Positions 1 to 13,700 of a DNA stretch of 64,000 nt are shown one piece after another. This DNA is from Cycas panzhihuaensis (taxonomy: Eukaryota > Plantae > Cycadophyta), in NCBI GenBank assembly GCA_023213395.1, contig CM041465.1, forward strand, positions 129,587,741 through 129,651,740, read 5' to 3'. The position numbers and the translations under genes were made by a program. Position 1 is the first letter of the stretch. Every line of letters starts with the position of its first letter. The notes beneath the pieces were generated by a model, which had not been told where the DNA came from, ran no database searches, and saw only the letters and a list, made by a program, of their open reading frames with translations.

Positions 1-458
1 ACACAACAAAAAATGTAGCCTAAGGTCATTCCACTCATCAAATTTCCTAAATGGTACTTGAAGACCATTGAGTAAGCTCAATTGCCCAAGACGAAAGGGA
101 AAAAAGAAATAGAAATTAGGCTTAATTCTTTGCCAGTAGGCTAGTCTAATAAATTCAGTTGATCATGTGGATATTAAGGGGGAGTGTTAGAGGAGTTACT
201 TAAGTTCTCAATGGACTTGTCACAAGTGTTAGGGCAGTTATGAGTCCAATTTTAGACCATTACTAAACCCATGTGTATATAATAGAGTACATTAAATTGG
301 TAAGGTAGGAATTTAGAAGGAATAACATTGTGAGGTAGATAAATTCTACTTGTTTTTACTCCCATATTCTAGTATGTTTGATTCTCATTTCTTTGATCCT
401 ACATTACTTTGATTCATATTCTTTAAGTTTCCTATTTGTACAAATTTATTGTTAATCA
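1..458 (+). mobile_element. Degenerate Copia 3' end: internal remnant, PPT and putative 3' LTR (185-458)
   Basis: 40-78 translates as KFPKWYLKTIE*A, like the KWYLKT linker in Copia A and G. AAGGGGGAG PPT is followed by TGTTAG at 185. The LTR end at 458 is uncertain. Confidence 0.45.
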
Positions 459-885
459 TCTTATTAACCCCCACTTCCTTTGTTTCTTCTTGTGTTATGT
501 AACCACATATACATGACCCTTATAATCAATTCTTCTTAAACCTCCTAAATTCACACTATGACTTTTCTTACAGAACCTCCATGTATTTCCAATACCTTTA
601 ACCCCTTGAGTGATGTCATTTAAGGATAAAATAAATATTAACAAAATAAAATAATAACTAAGCATCGTTAACACTACACAGGTCCCAAGATTGCTCCTAT
701 ATAAGACAAGATACAACATCTTCTTGGTTGCCAAAATAAGCATTAACAAGTATAGATTACTTATTAATAATCTCCAACAAAGGCATAAGTTTGGATCTAA
801 TTTTTATGATATACAAGACCTAATATGTGATAGATTAAAGAATGATCGAAATAACACCCAACAACCCCACACTTAAACTACCTAT

Positions 886-1406
886 ACTTTGAGGGCAAAG
901 TATTTTAAGAGGAGGGAAATTGTGTCTTTCCTAAACTATGAAGACGTCAGTTTTTAATAGAAATAAGGAAGTTAATATTTTAGGAGAATAGTCATTGCAT
1001 CCCTAAATTAGATGAAGTTGGTATTTTAAGGAGAGAGAATTAAAAGTTAGGTTTTAGAGAGATAGCAAGGCTATGAATAGAGGAGTCTTATTCATTTCTA
1101 AAACATCTTTAGAGGATTTGATATTTTAGATTTAGACTAATGGCCTAGAGGCATTAGGACACTATTGTACCATTTTAGGAGTAAACCCTCAACTCAAAGA
1201 GGGAAAGATACTACTGTTATTTTATTTGATATATACTCTTTACTATGACAAGTTTGATATTAATATGATATTATTAAGTGGTCTATTATTAGATTTAAAT
1301 TATTATTAATATTTGTTATTATTATTTATGATGAGATGTTGTTTTTATAAATTATCTATGGTGTGAATACTATCTTTTTTATCTATAAGTAGTGGGTATT
1401 ACCACA
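886..1406 (+). mobile_element. Old Gypsy-type PPT plus LTR remnant
   Basis: CTTTGAGGGCAAAGTATTTTAAGAGGAGGGAAAT resembles the pre-LTR motifs at 5337-5370 and 18950-18980. It is followed by TGTG (921) ... CACA (1406). No partner LTR in the window. Confidence 0.35.
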
Positions 1407-2731
1407 ACGATTACAGCTATGTAGAATGTATCTTAAAGGCAAAAACCTCATCATGTAATTTATTATACACATGTTAGTGAAATGTGTCATTCCTCATTTA
1501 GTCATACGGATTTAAAAAAAGATATTTGTGAAGGGGGAAAAAAAGAAAAGAACATGAAAGGATTGAGGTTCAATCCCCATGAAGGGCATGTACTTATAAG
1601 TAATAAATCCTATTAAACATGAAGATGCCAAATATTTTCATGGATTTTAAACCTACAACTAGCCTTAATAAATATTAAATGCTTAATTGTTAATGTTTCC
1701 TAGTTGATAATAAGTGCTATTTATTATGAACTATATACAAGTAGCATGTTATAATTAAGTCCCCCAACAACCTTTCTCATGTAGTGCTCATATTAAGAGT
1801 TGTCCCTTTTCCCCTTCTCACCTGCCATGTAAAATCATCATTATGGTCTCATATGAAGTTCATATAAGTTGAGCACGACTAAATGCCTACTTTAAATAGT
1901 ACACACATAAATATCTATGGCTTAGATAATAAGTATTTGTTCAAACTTACATAGCACACTTAATGACATTCTTGTAATAGATAAGAGATATTTCTAGTAG
2001 GCTATAAAACACGCACCATAATGTCGATGGTATGGATTGAATTAATTTAACCTATAAAAGTTGCTTGATAACAATAGTAGTATTCTCATGCATGCTTGAT
2101 TCAATGAGAAAAGATGCCTCTAATTATGGTATTTTTTTAGAAATTTAGCACAAGAGCTTTATGGCAACAAACATGCATGTGGGTGTAGTAGATCTAAAGT
2201 ATGTTTGAATTAGTAAATACTATATAAATTGTGGGAGAAATTACTCTAGTCATATTAGTAGATATGTATGGTTTGGCTTAGCAAATAACACATAAATAAA
2301 GCATTGCATAGGAAGTTGCCTTAACATGGGATATGAGAAGAACCTCTTCTTAAGCAACTAGAGAAAGCTTTAATCCCTCTTCTTCACATATGGTTGATAT
2401 TTGATTATTATTTTAAAAATATCTTTCTTTTGATTTTATAAGGATAAGTTCCAATTTATCCCTTATCTTAACATTTCTCCCCCTTTTCGACCTCTATATT
2501 TGAGTATTTAATAATGTCTTCTTGAAATATAATTTTAAGAATTAACCATATAATGTAGAAGGATACACTTAATTTTCAAGCATATATAGCTCCTCTTAGA
2601 CAACGCACATCCCCTTATTATAGTTATTGAAAATAAGATATACCTTATCCTTTAAAAGGGAACCTAGGCGATATAGATCAAGATGTTAATGAACCAAGTT
2701 CCTTAAAAAATTACCTTTGACTAGCAAGTGG

Positions 2732-3441
2732 ATGGTCCTATATATTCATATACTTACACATTAATGACCTTATTAGATGTACTTATTATCATGGACTCTA
2801 GCCAAAGGGGAAGCTCTCATATTTATTTGGATTAGGTGAACCTCACTATTTACAAGCATAGCATAAGTAGATGTAACCCTCATATTAAAAATTATTATGA
2901 TGAGTGGGATTTATATTGTTATGTAGGGTAAGGAAATAATTAATATTTGGTTGATGGGACTAGTAAAAAACCAAAAAAATTATAGGCAAAGGAAGATAAA
3001 TATAAAAATAAACTATATATTATTTTGAATATTGATTGAGGTTGGTAAATAGAAACACTTAAGTGTTAATAAGATGGATACACATATGGTTTTATATGTT
3101 CATATACTTACACATTAATGACCTCATTAAATGTACTTATTATCATGGACTCAAGCCAAAGGGGAATCTCTCATATTGTTTAGATTAGGTGAACCCCACT
3201 ATTTACAAGTATTACTTAAGTAGATGTAACCCTCATATTAAAATTTATTATGGTGAGTGGAATTTATATTATTATGTAGGGTAAGGAAATAAGTAATGCA
3301 TGGTTAATGGGACTGGTAAAAAACTAAAAAAAATAGAGGAAAAGGAAGATAGATATAAAAATAAGTTATACATTATTTTGAATATTGATTAAGGTTAGTA
3401 AATAGAAACACTTAAGTGTTAATAAGATGGACACACATATG
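2732..3441. repeat. Tandem duplication, two copies of about 354 bp
   Basis: 2732-3085 and 3086-3441 align along their length (CATATACTTACACATTAATGACC ... GAAACACTTAAGTGTTAATAAGATGG), roughly 90% identical by eye. Confidence 0.9.
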
Positions 3442-3533
3442 TCCACACTCAAATGCATGATCATAGTTAATGACCTTATGGAACTGAGTCAATGATGTTT
3501 ACTGGCAAACCAAATTAATTATGATGTTATGAC

Positions 3534-5628
3534 TGTGGTGAGCCATCACCACATGTTAGACAAGGTTATGGCCTTTCATCATATGAGGATTAAGGGGATT
3601 GGTTAACATAAAGATAGGAATATAATAATGTGAGGGTGTGTGTTATATATGCCCCACTCTATTATAAAGAGAGATATATGATATATATAATGTTATATTA
3701 ATGAATATTTTTTTGAACCTTACATTCTTCTTTATTTTATTTCTTCTATTTCTCTATCTTGAATGGTTATAAAATTAGTCATATAATAAGTAGTATTAGA
3801 GTTATTTTTTATCCATACAATAATTAAGGATCCATTTGGTTACTAAAACCAACATAGGGCTGATTTTTTTTCAAGACTTTTAGCATGTGAAAGTTCTACT
3901 CTCTAGGATCACAAACGAAAATTTTTTGAAGAATTAATAGATATTTTAAAATGAAAAGTATCATTCCATAAATTTTGAGGGGTCAGAAGTACTAGTTTTA
4001 GCAAAAAGTTATAGAAATTATAGTAGATTTAATTTCAGCCTACTTTTTGTTGCAACATTTTTAGGACATATTTGCAACCTCAACTTCAAAGAGTTGTAAC
4101 TTTGGCTATAACTATCCAAATGATCTTGTTTTTCTTTTAATTTTATTCTATGCATTTTTTAATTTACTTTCTAATGGAAGTGGTTAAAGGTTAATTGAAG
4201 TTTATAACAGAAATTTATAAACATTTTATTAATAAGTATTATTATAGTCCCTAAAAACTTTAGTAGTGAATTTCTTAAAAAGGTCACAACTTATGATCCA
4301 GACAACATAATTCGATCATGTTTGAACTGTTGGAATTATATTTCAGATGTCATCATTTTAATCCATATTTTATATATTTTTGGGCTATATTTTCTAGAAA
4401 TAAAATTTTGAAGTTAAATGTTTCATATTATACTTTTCTTGGCCATTTGAATTTTGATCATAAAACCATTGCCCTTAAGACCTAATATTTATTTTTGTAT
4501 CAAAGAATACAAAGTTTGTATTAATGGGGCTAACTAGCTATAGACACCCTATAATCTCTCTTATACCTATATTATTATTACTATAAATATTCTATACTAT
4601 CCATGTTTATTACAGATGAAACTCTTTCTATAGATGATTACATTATATATATACGTGCATATTTAAAATCACTTACTAAAAACTACTTGATTAGTGAAGA
4701 GATGTCTAAAGCTGTCTCATTGTATCTATAAGGAGAGGCTTACTTTGGTTTAAGGGGTGCTATAGATATAGATTTTTGAATAATTTTTCATAGCTACAAT
4801 TTGATATTTATAAGAAATATGATGCTTCTTAGTAGAAAGAGATGCAACGACTTGAGTAAGACAAATAAGAAGTTCACCATATACTTAAGAAGTTTAATCG
4901 TAAGGTAGAACAAGGAATTTTCCCCACTCCACAAAGTAAAGAATAAAAGAAAGATGATGAGGGAGAAAAGGGGTGTCATGAGCAAGTAACGAAAATTGTT
5001 TGTCATTCCATTACACCACTCATAACCAAGAACAAGGAAGAATGCCACTCATCGAAAGTTAGAACTCATACTAAATTGGGGTTTTATTGACACTTATATT
5101 ATCAAGAAACTCAACATTGAAGCATTCATCATGCAAAGCCCTCATATACTAAATACTCGAGGCATGCACATTATTCAAGCTTGAGATTTCAAATTCATAG
5201 AGATTCTGAGCATATCAAGATCTACTTGGAATGGATAGATTTATATTATATGCACAAATTTTTGGACAACCTTTAATGGACCTATTGATTAGACACTAGT
5301 AGTAGGAGGTGGTCACATGTATTTATGTATCAAGATGCTTCAAGGACAAAGCATTTGAGGGGAAAGGGCATGTGGTGAGCTTTCACCACATGTTAGAGAG
5401 TGTTATGACCCTTCATCATATGAGAATTAAGGTGATTGGTTGATATAAAAATATAAATATAATAATGTGGAGATGTGTGTTATATATGCCTCACTCTATT
5501 GAAAAAAGATATATATGATATTATTTTAATTAATGTTCTTAGGAACCCTACCTTCTTCTTTATCTTATTTTTTCTGTTTCTCTCCATATTTCTCTATTTT
5601 AAATGGTTACATAATTAGTCAAGTAATA
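3534..5628 (+). mobile_element. Non-autonomous 2.1-kb LTR element (LTRs 3534-3788 and 5371-5628)
   Basis: Both LTRs start TGTGGTGAGC and align. Decayed tRNA-Met PBS TAGTATTAGAG at 3791, PPT GAGGGGAAAGGGCA, TSD ATGAC/ATTAC. No intact coding region. Confidence 0.8.
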
Positions 5629-6639
5629 ATTACTTAAGGTCAAAGGGAAATAATAACTAATTATATCATGATAGAACAACCATAAATCAAATCACCCACT
5701 CTATATATATTCATAGATTAAGCATATGCCAACAATGATTTGTCTCTCAATATTTGATAGATGTGAGGTACTTAATTATATTTAATATTTACTTCCAAAT
5801 TAATTAGTTTGTTTTGAAAAACTATTTGGAGCAAATACTTATTACTAAGTAGATGGGAAGTGTTAGGGATAAAGCATGGAAGTTACATGGGGTGTAATAG
5901 CTAAGGAGATGGTTACCTAGTGGTTCCATGGATAGGGTTTCTAACATTTCTTAAAATGGCTACTAGTTTTATTTAAAGGAATTGTTGAAGTCCTTAGGGG
6001 AACATAGTTCCATGGAACTATTGATTTCTCTTAATAACCTAGTAAAACTTTACAAAAATCATATGGATTTCATTAAGCATTTCTTGCAAAACAAGTTATT
6101 AATATACATCTAAGTTTAAATTAGTGGGAAAATCAAAAAATTCAAACTTAACACTTCAATATTACCACCACGTCCTCTTTATCTCTTCAGCAATTGTTGC
6201 TTAAGGTAGCCACCCTATATTGCTAACCTTGCTCAAACCCTATCCTTTTACAATGGTTAGAATTACCTTTATATATAGGAGTTACTTCTATTTTCTTAGA
6301 GGATCAATTTTTATCTTGTAAACTATAACAAGGTGGTCCCATGGAGGAGGTTAAGCTCATATTTTAGTGGGGAATGCAATACAATGGAGAAAAAAATAAG
6401 GTCATTAGTAGGGGAAAAATAAAGAATTCTCTTAAAAATAAAATTAATATCAATTTATTAATGTGATTTTTAGCGGTTGCCAATGGTGGCTTAAGAGAGT
6501 AAAAAAGGCAAGTTTAAACAACTATTGATTAGGAGCTTAAGAGAATAGATATTGGTAACGTAGAGGTATAAATTGTAGTTTTTATTTTCGATGCAAAGTA
6601 AAAGAAATACTAAGAGAAACCAAAACGGAATGGGGCTAC

Positions 6640-7454
6640 AGTTCTCCCTTTGCAACTCAATACTTCAATAATCACTCCTAACAGAAATAGAGAAGCCCCG
6701 CTCTATAGGACAAAGACGCATCTAATCTTTTCTATAAGAACCCCTTTCCCCCCGAAACAAAACCTTGGTCCCCTCAAAACCTCAGCTCCCTCCATGGGAC
6801 CGCCGTTAAAGGAAGAGCACGGGAACAGTATAGAGAGCGATGGCATGCCAGTTAGGATTGCATTTAGGTTATTGAAAGAATAACGTCCACACGTCTGCCA
6901 ACGGACAGGGCGCTTAGCACAGGCGGCAGGAATCAAAGATTGCAAAGTGGACAGATAAAAGTCGTATTAACCAACATAGTAATTAGTTAGGTGAAATTCT
7001 TTGATTTGATATTTGTTGTGTCGCATATATGTGCAGCGCCGTGTTTTGAACCCTGGACGGTCTGTAAATATTATTGCACGTTTCTTTACCCGGTTGAATT
7101 GTTCTTTGTCGAAGTCAAACGTTCAGGTTCTCTGCACTCGGTCGCACAGTTCTTCTGCAGCACGCCATTTCATTAAGCTTCGACTTTGCGTGTTCTCCGA
7201 ACTAACAGGGATTGGCAAACCAGGCTCGCAACTGTGGATTAAACCGTGCGGGATCGGCTGTTTGTTTAATCTAATTAGCAGGTTTTTATGTTTCGGTTGA
7301 TTGCTTGCCTTTAAAGACAAAGGCTGCAGAATTTTGTAATACATTACCGCTGCAGGAGATCTGTAGACCGATTGCCGTGGTTCCATACAGGAAGTGCGTG
7401 CTTTCACCTTGGCGGACGTTAAAAGTTAATTCAATTCAATTGAGTGAAACGGAG
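6640..7454 (+). promoter_or_regulatory. CpG-rich promoter/5' UTR region of the PLD zeta gene
   Basis: Sharp rise in GC and CpG relative to the CpG-depleted flanks, directly upstream of ATG 7455. ACGT cores at about 6883-6895. TSS cannot be placed. Confidence 0.55.
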
Positions 7455-7682
7455 ATGGAGAAATCCAGGGAAAGCTCGGAACGTCATGTCTCGGGTTCTA
7501 GCCCTCGGTATTTTCGGATGCGGGGCGAACCTCCTTCCTCCTCCTTTCATTCACACCGGCACGAGCAGGAACGGATTTTCGATGAATTGCCCAAGGCTAC
7601 GGTTGTTGCTGTCTCTCGGTCTGATTCGAACGAGCTCAGCCAGATTCCGCTGCTTTATACCATTGAAATCGAGTACAAGCAG
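7455..7682 (+). CDS. PLDZ1: Phospholipase D zeta (PX-PH PLD), first coding exon, start of PX domain
   Basis: MEKSRESS...RYFRMRGE...RIFDELPKATVVAVSRSDSNELSQIPLLYTIEIEYKQ matches my recollection of the Arabidopsis PLDzeta1 N-terminus (RYFQM...RIFEELPKAVIVSVSRPD...LLSYTIECQYKQ). Similarity stops after YKQ and T-rich intron-like sequence follows. zeta1 versus zeta2 orthology cannot be resolved. Confidence 0.9.
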
Positions 7683-9929
7683 GCATGGTCCTACCTAATT
7701 CTTTTGATTTTTCTTTTTTTCACGTTTTAAGCTTAATTTTAATTTCACACCGAAAAAACAGAAGAATTGCAAGCTTGAAGGTCTGGCTCGTAAGAGTGCA
7801 TCGTCCTAATGGTGTTAAATCATGTGATGATTTCATGGAAATTGGACTAGAATTTTCGAGCTAATGTTTGTTAGATGTATGAAGGTTGGAGTGAAACAAT
7901 TTTGTGGTCCTTCGCCTATATTGACTTAATTTCTTTTCAGTTATAAACCGGAAATTTTGCAAATGCGGCAACTTTCTGTCTATAATTTCTCGTCTTATAG
8001 TCATCTACTTGTGATGGGAGATTTGGCCTTTTTGTAAAGAGATTTGTCTTATTGTTGGCATGATGGAAACCCTTGAATGTTACTTTCAAGCTTGGGAATA
8101 TTCAAAATTTGTCCTTTGCAAGGTCTACACGCCCTTCCCCCCTGGCATACACATATATTTTAATTTTGGCACTTCGCATGCATGGTCTAGCTGTTCCATG
8201 TTTGTCGTTCCAGATGCAGTTTGAGGTTGAAGACTTATCTGGAAAGGGTAAAACATGTGATGAACACACGGCCAACCATCTGTCTTATGCCTCTTGGCAG
8301 TTGCCAGGCTTGTGCTGTGATGCTAAAAAAATCACCTGTGTGCTCGAGTGCTGCTTAAGCTGGCAATTCCATTTTAAATTTAGAGTAATAATGCTAACAG
8401 AGTGGCAAAGCCTTCTGCTTGACATTCAAACTTACTACAAATTTCTATTTGCCAACCATGCAGACAAACACATTTGCAGGCATCTTATGGTCTGGAATAA
8501 GCATATATTAATATTATACAATTATGTGCCAAAAATAGCCTGTTGCACATGATGTTAAGGATGTTGAATTGTGACTTCCATGACATCTCTGTCATCTGGG
8601 CCAACAAGTCATTTGTTTTTGGCTTACAGTTATTATCATGTAGCCATGATTGCTTTATATGTGAATATGCAAATATTGTAAGCAACTTGCTTGGGAGTTT
8701 TGTTTACGAATTGAAGAAGTTGCAGTTGTGTACTATGTATTTTGTGCATGGAGACTGTGTGGGTTGGGGTTTAGGATTATGAATCTAAGAGGTCAAGTGT
8801 TTTAGTGTTTTGGTAACCACTATTAGATGGTGTCCATATGCAATTTTTGGCAATGAGGCGGGTAAAGCTCATTGCTTAATGCTTGATGCAGGAATCTGTC
8901 TCTCGAATTGATTTAATGGGTGCTCCCATTTTTTACCATGGAAATGGTTTGCTTTGAGAATCATGAATGAGGAGGTTGTCACTACAACTATTGTAATGCT
9001 TGCATAAGTTTCAAGCTAGTTGAGTTGATTACTACACGTATGGGCTTTATGCTAGTAGCAGGCTTGTATGGAATGGGAAGCAACTGTTTCTTGGTTGTGG
9101 GGACCAATATGGCTATGAGGTATAAAAACCTTTAGCCCTAGGGAAGAATGGTTGGTGGATTCTTCTTCAAGGTTAGTGTAATGCTCCATTTGTTGCCTTT
9201 TTGCGTGGATCTTGAAAATAATGGTAATTGATAGAAAGACAAAGATGTTGAGCGTGGTTGTGATTGTGTGATACATAAATTGTGGGCATATTAACTCATA
9301 AAGTCTTATGGGTGATAGAAGTTCATATGGAAGCTGACTTTTGGTATGGTATAATGTTGGGTGGGGTCTCATCATTTATAAGTTTGGCCATTGCAAGGAG
9401 TTAAGTGGAAGGGGAATAACTTTGTTAATTTCCAACTAAGTAGTTGGATATAGCCATATTGCAAGCCATATGTATACTGTATATGCCCTAGATATGGGGA
9501 TATGATTGGGCTTTGGCTATTGAGACACATTTTGTTAAGTGTTGAGATGTTATTATAAGTGCTAGATGTATTGGGATGTCATTAGGGTTAATAGTATCGG
9601 ATGTTATAAATGATTAGTTGTGAAAAATCATTACGACATATCACCTCACGTGCCATATATAATGATGTTAAGCACAATAGGGGGGCATGGTTGGGTGTCA
9701 AGGATATAGCCACATTTTATGTTATGCATCGTGACATTGAAAAATGGTATGGGACTAGTGCTGGACGATCATCTAATTGGTACATTTTGTACTCGGTAGT
9801 AATATTGTACTATATATTGAGATAATAATAGAAGAAGCACATCTGATGTTATATTGTGTATGGGCCTGCATTTGTTACTTGTGTTGGATGTTTGTACATA
9901 TGGTTGCATGATGATGTTGTTATGTTGTG

Positions 9930-9932
<3 letters not shown>

Positions 9933-9973
<41 letters not shown>
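9933..9973. repeat. (TC)n microsatellite inside the LTR
   Basis: About 20 perfect TC units. Confidence 0.95.
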
Positions 9974-9976
<3 letters not shown>

Positions 9977-10734
9977 CCTAGAAGAACCTAGAATGGTTAA
10001 TCAACGTCTAGCATTGTTGTCGATCTAGGAATGAGATGAGATGGATTGATAAATAATCAAAGTAGATGACGATTTTAGATCTGAACGTAGAACTTACATT
10101 ATTCAAGGAGTTGGTACTGATTCATGTAATTGAAGAAGATTTTGAAACTATTAGGAGAATATAACTCTTTTTAATATGACATAGTATTATTGGGTATAAT
10201 ATCGATGGCATTATGGTAATACAACTGAAGGTGCTCGCCAACATTTTGGGTCATCATCAATTTTGACCAATGCCCAATTCGACAACATAATGGTCTTCGT
10301 ACATCTTTAAGCAAAATAATGCTAAATTGAATCATGAATCACAATTGAGACGATCCACATGAATCCTAGCACGCACTGTGGTTCAACAAAAAAATCGTTC
10401 CTTAAATCAAAATGATTAGGTGATTATAGATTGTGCACAATAAATTTTGAGAGCGGGGGAAGAAAAACACGGACATGATCCAGATTTGAAGGAGATTGCC
10501 GATGTGTTTGCACAATTGAGTCTTCAAGGACACAGAATGGAATGTGCAAGAGAGTAGTCATCCCTTATAGATGTCACCAAACAAATAAAGATAAATACAA
10601 TCCCTAGGGAAGAAAAATAAGGCCAGGCTTTATTTGGTAAATTTTATGAACAAAGGTGTGTTGATCATAAAGACAAGTTTAAACAATTAAGGCTCTTGCA
10701 ATTAAGTCAAGCAAGATTACCACTGAAACCAATC

Positions 10735-13700
10735 ATGGCAACCCCCAGAAGTGGCAAACAAAAATTACCAACATTTAGTAGGGAGGCAGATGAAGACCCA
10801 ACACACCATTGCAACATGTGCGGAACGATTTGGGTTGCTAATGTGGAAACCAATAAAGACCATTAGCTATAGGCATTTCTAGCAACACTACGCAGCATAG
10901 CGAATGATTGGTACAAAGAATTCAAAGAAGGGCATTTCACAAAGTGGAGTGACTTACGAGAAGCATTTGAAAAAGAATTCTGACTACTATGGGATGATAG
11001 CGAGGTTGTAGATCAGATATACAACCTAAAACAAGAGGCGAAGGAAACCATAAGAAGTTATAACACTAAGTTAAAAAGTTTGGTCAAAAACATGGAAAGC
11101 GAAGTTACTGATGGGTTAAGGAAAAGATGGTTTTTAGAGGGGTTGCTTTCGAAGTATAGAAGAAAACTCTGAGTAGTTCCATCTGCATCTTATCAAGAGG
11201 CAACTAATCAAACAATGAGTATAGAGATAGAGGACAAGGCAGAAGCATGGCACGAGACAAAAGTCTCAGAAAGTGATGAAAAGGAAGAATCTTCTATTGA
11301 GGCATTATGGGAAGATTTGATGAGGATGATGAAAGACTTAACATGGCAGCTTAAAAAATGCTGACAAGTGCGGTGCATAAAGTGCAGAATGAAAGGATAC
11401 ATGGAGATAGAGTGTCCTGAGAACCAGGTACTACAATACTGTCATATATGCAAAATGAACAATCATCATACAAACGAATGTGGATTTAATATTCGAGCAC
11501 AAGGATGACAGGATCGAGATGTGTTCTTAGCAAGGCAAGAAAGTAACAGACCTTTTGGACATGGGTGCAGATCCAGTCTACCAGTCCTAAGGGATCCTCA
11601 AGGGTGTCCCATGGTTAAATGCTTTGAATGTAAATTATAGGGACATTTCAATAGGGCTTGCCCAAATAGGGAGAATAATGCAATTGCAACCTTGGGTTGA
11701 TGGTGTGGCCTAGGCAATCATGATGATGACCATTGTCCTCAACAACAAAATAAAATTGTAAATGTGGTCAAGATCGAAGTGTCGAGGAATTGTAATGACA
11801 AAACTTTGCCAGCATACTTAGTGTATACAAGAAGAAATAGAAAACAAGAGTATCTAGATCTGAGCAAAGAGAAAGGCCGTGTACAACAAGGTCAAAACAT
11901 AATCAATTCTCTCCAAGAGCAATGATAATAGGTAGAAACAACACCAAAGGAAGCTATACTAACGATGTAGTTGACAATGCAACAAAAGTTGCCAATGCAA
12001 AGCATGGGTGAAGGGACAAGTATGCTAGCCGACCAACTCTTGCAAACAAAGGTTCTAGTAATGATCGTAACTTTGCTATGACATAATCTAACCATCATGC
12101 AAACTATGATGGTGTGTATTTAAAAAATGTTTAGAAGTAGTTCACATACTGTGTGCTAACCAAGTCCAGCGAAGGGAAGGAAACAACCTTGAAGACCAAT
12201 GATCATTATAGAAGATCCTCACACTAGGAAATTTATAGGAAATGGCCCCAATGTGGACAATCCCCAAGTTGAACGATATGTGAGATCCTCAAGGGTCGAC
12301 TGGGACATAGAAATGACTATGCAATTACTAGGGCATAACTTACAACACACAATGGTAGATGGAGGAACATGGGTAAACATTATACCCATAACTACTTGGG
12401 AAAGAATGGGGAAATCCACATTATGGCCACCTCGATTTCGGTTAAGGCTTGCGAACTAGCATGGCTTTACAACCCTTAGGAATGTTAATGGCACAAAAGA
12501 TCTAGATTGCACACCATGTGTTTGTCACAAACTTTGTAGTCATTGCAATGATTTATGGGATGCCACCAACATATGAGCGTTATTGGGATGACCATGGTTG
12601 CATGGCATATAAGTCATTCAAAATTGGGGTCGTAGCACACTGGCGATCAAACAAAATGGGAAGAAGTTGTTAATAAATTTAAATCTTCATATGATAAGTG
12701 AAGAACTCACAAATTCTAGCTCCTCAGACAAGGAGGAATATGATGATCAAGATGATTCAAAAGCAGATGATGAACATGATCGATTAAAGGTACTTTTTGA
12801 TCATGATAATATATGTGAACCCATTGAGGGTGTTCTATATTTGGATCCGTGTTCAGAAGATGAGGTAGGATCTAATAATAGACTATTTCATTGGCAACAA
12901 TAAGATTACAATTTTTTTTCACCATGATGTTGCCTAATTGATGTTGAGCCACTAAATTCAAGACATATAAATCTAGTTGGAAGTATATATGAAGTAATAG
13001 ACCACAAACAAGAATACCCAACTTAATTTTCTGAAGTCTAAGAAGGTGATCAACCCAGGATTAAAGAACTTGCATACAACTTTGGTTCCAAGGAACAAAT
13101 TTCATATGGGGAACCACCATAGTAATTAATCAATTTAGGATCAGGTCAGGACACACAAACCATCAAAATGGGTAAGGGATGGGACCCATGTTGGTATAAG
13201 CAACTATGACTATCTTTTCACAATATAAAGATCTATTCACATGGGCCTACAAAGATTTGAAAAGTGCACCAAAAGATCTATGTGAACATAAGATGGAATT
13301 AATATTTGGAGCTAAACATGTAAAACATCAACCATATCAGATGAACCCAAAGGATGTAGAATAAGTGAATATGAAGATAAATAAAATGTTGGATGCAAGG
13401 ATTATATTCAAGGTTGATATAGGCGAATGGGTTTCCCAGTTGTGGTTGTTCCTAAGAAAAATGACAAACTTAGAATTTGTGTGGATTTTTGAAAGCTGAA
13501 TATAGTAACTCTTAAAGACCCATTTCTAATACCATTTGTTGATACCATCTTGGAAGAAGTTGCAGGAAATGAAATATACTTCTTCCTAGATGGATTCTCG
13601 AGCTATAACCAAATTAGTATTGCAGAAAAGGATAAGCTAAAGCCACTTTTATTATACAATCTAGTATCTTTGCGTATAATCAAATGCCATTTGGACTGTG

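Noticed and set aside
7021-7032. P1BS phosphate-starvation element upstream of PLD zeta
   Set aside because: GCATATAT does not match GNATATNC.
7288-7314. 8-codon uORF (MFRLIACL)
   Set aside because: May lie outside the transcript or in a UTR intron (CAG|GTTTTT at 7282); no supporting evidence.
7305-7730. 141-aa ORF as a complete protein
   Set aside because: Starts at TTG; homology covers only ATG 7455 to 7682; the tail is intron read-through.
8073-8782. 159-aa and 79-aa ORFs, and a possible AG/GT-bounded micro-exon near 8214-8247, as PLD exon 2
   Set aside because: No resemblance to the expected FKW...KKASQV PX continuation; composition is intron-like.
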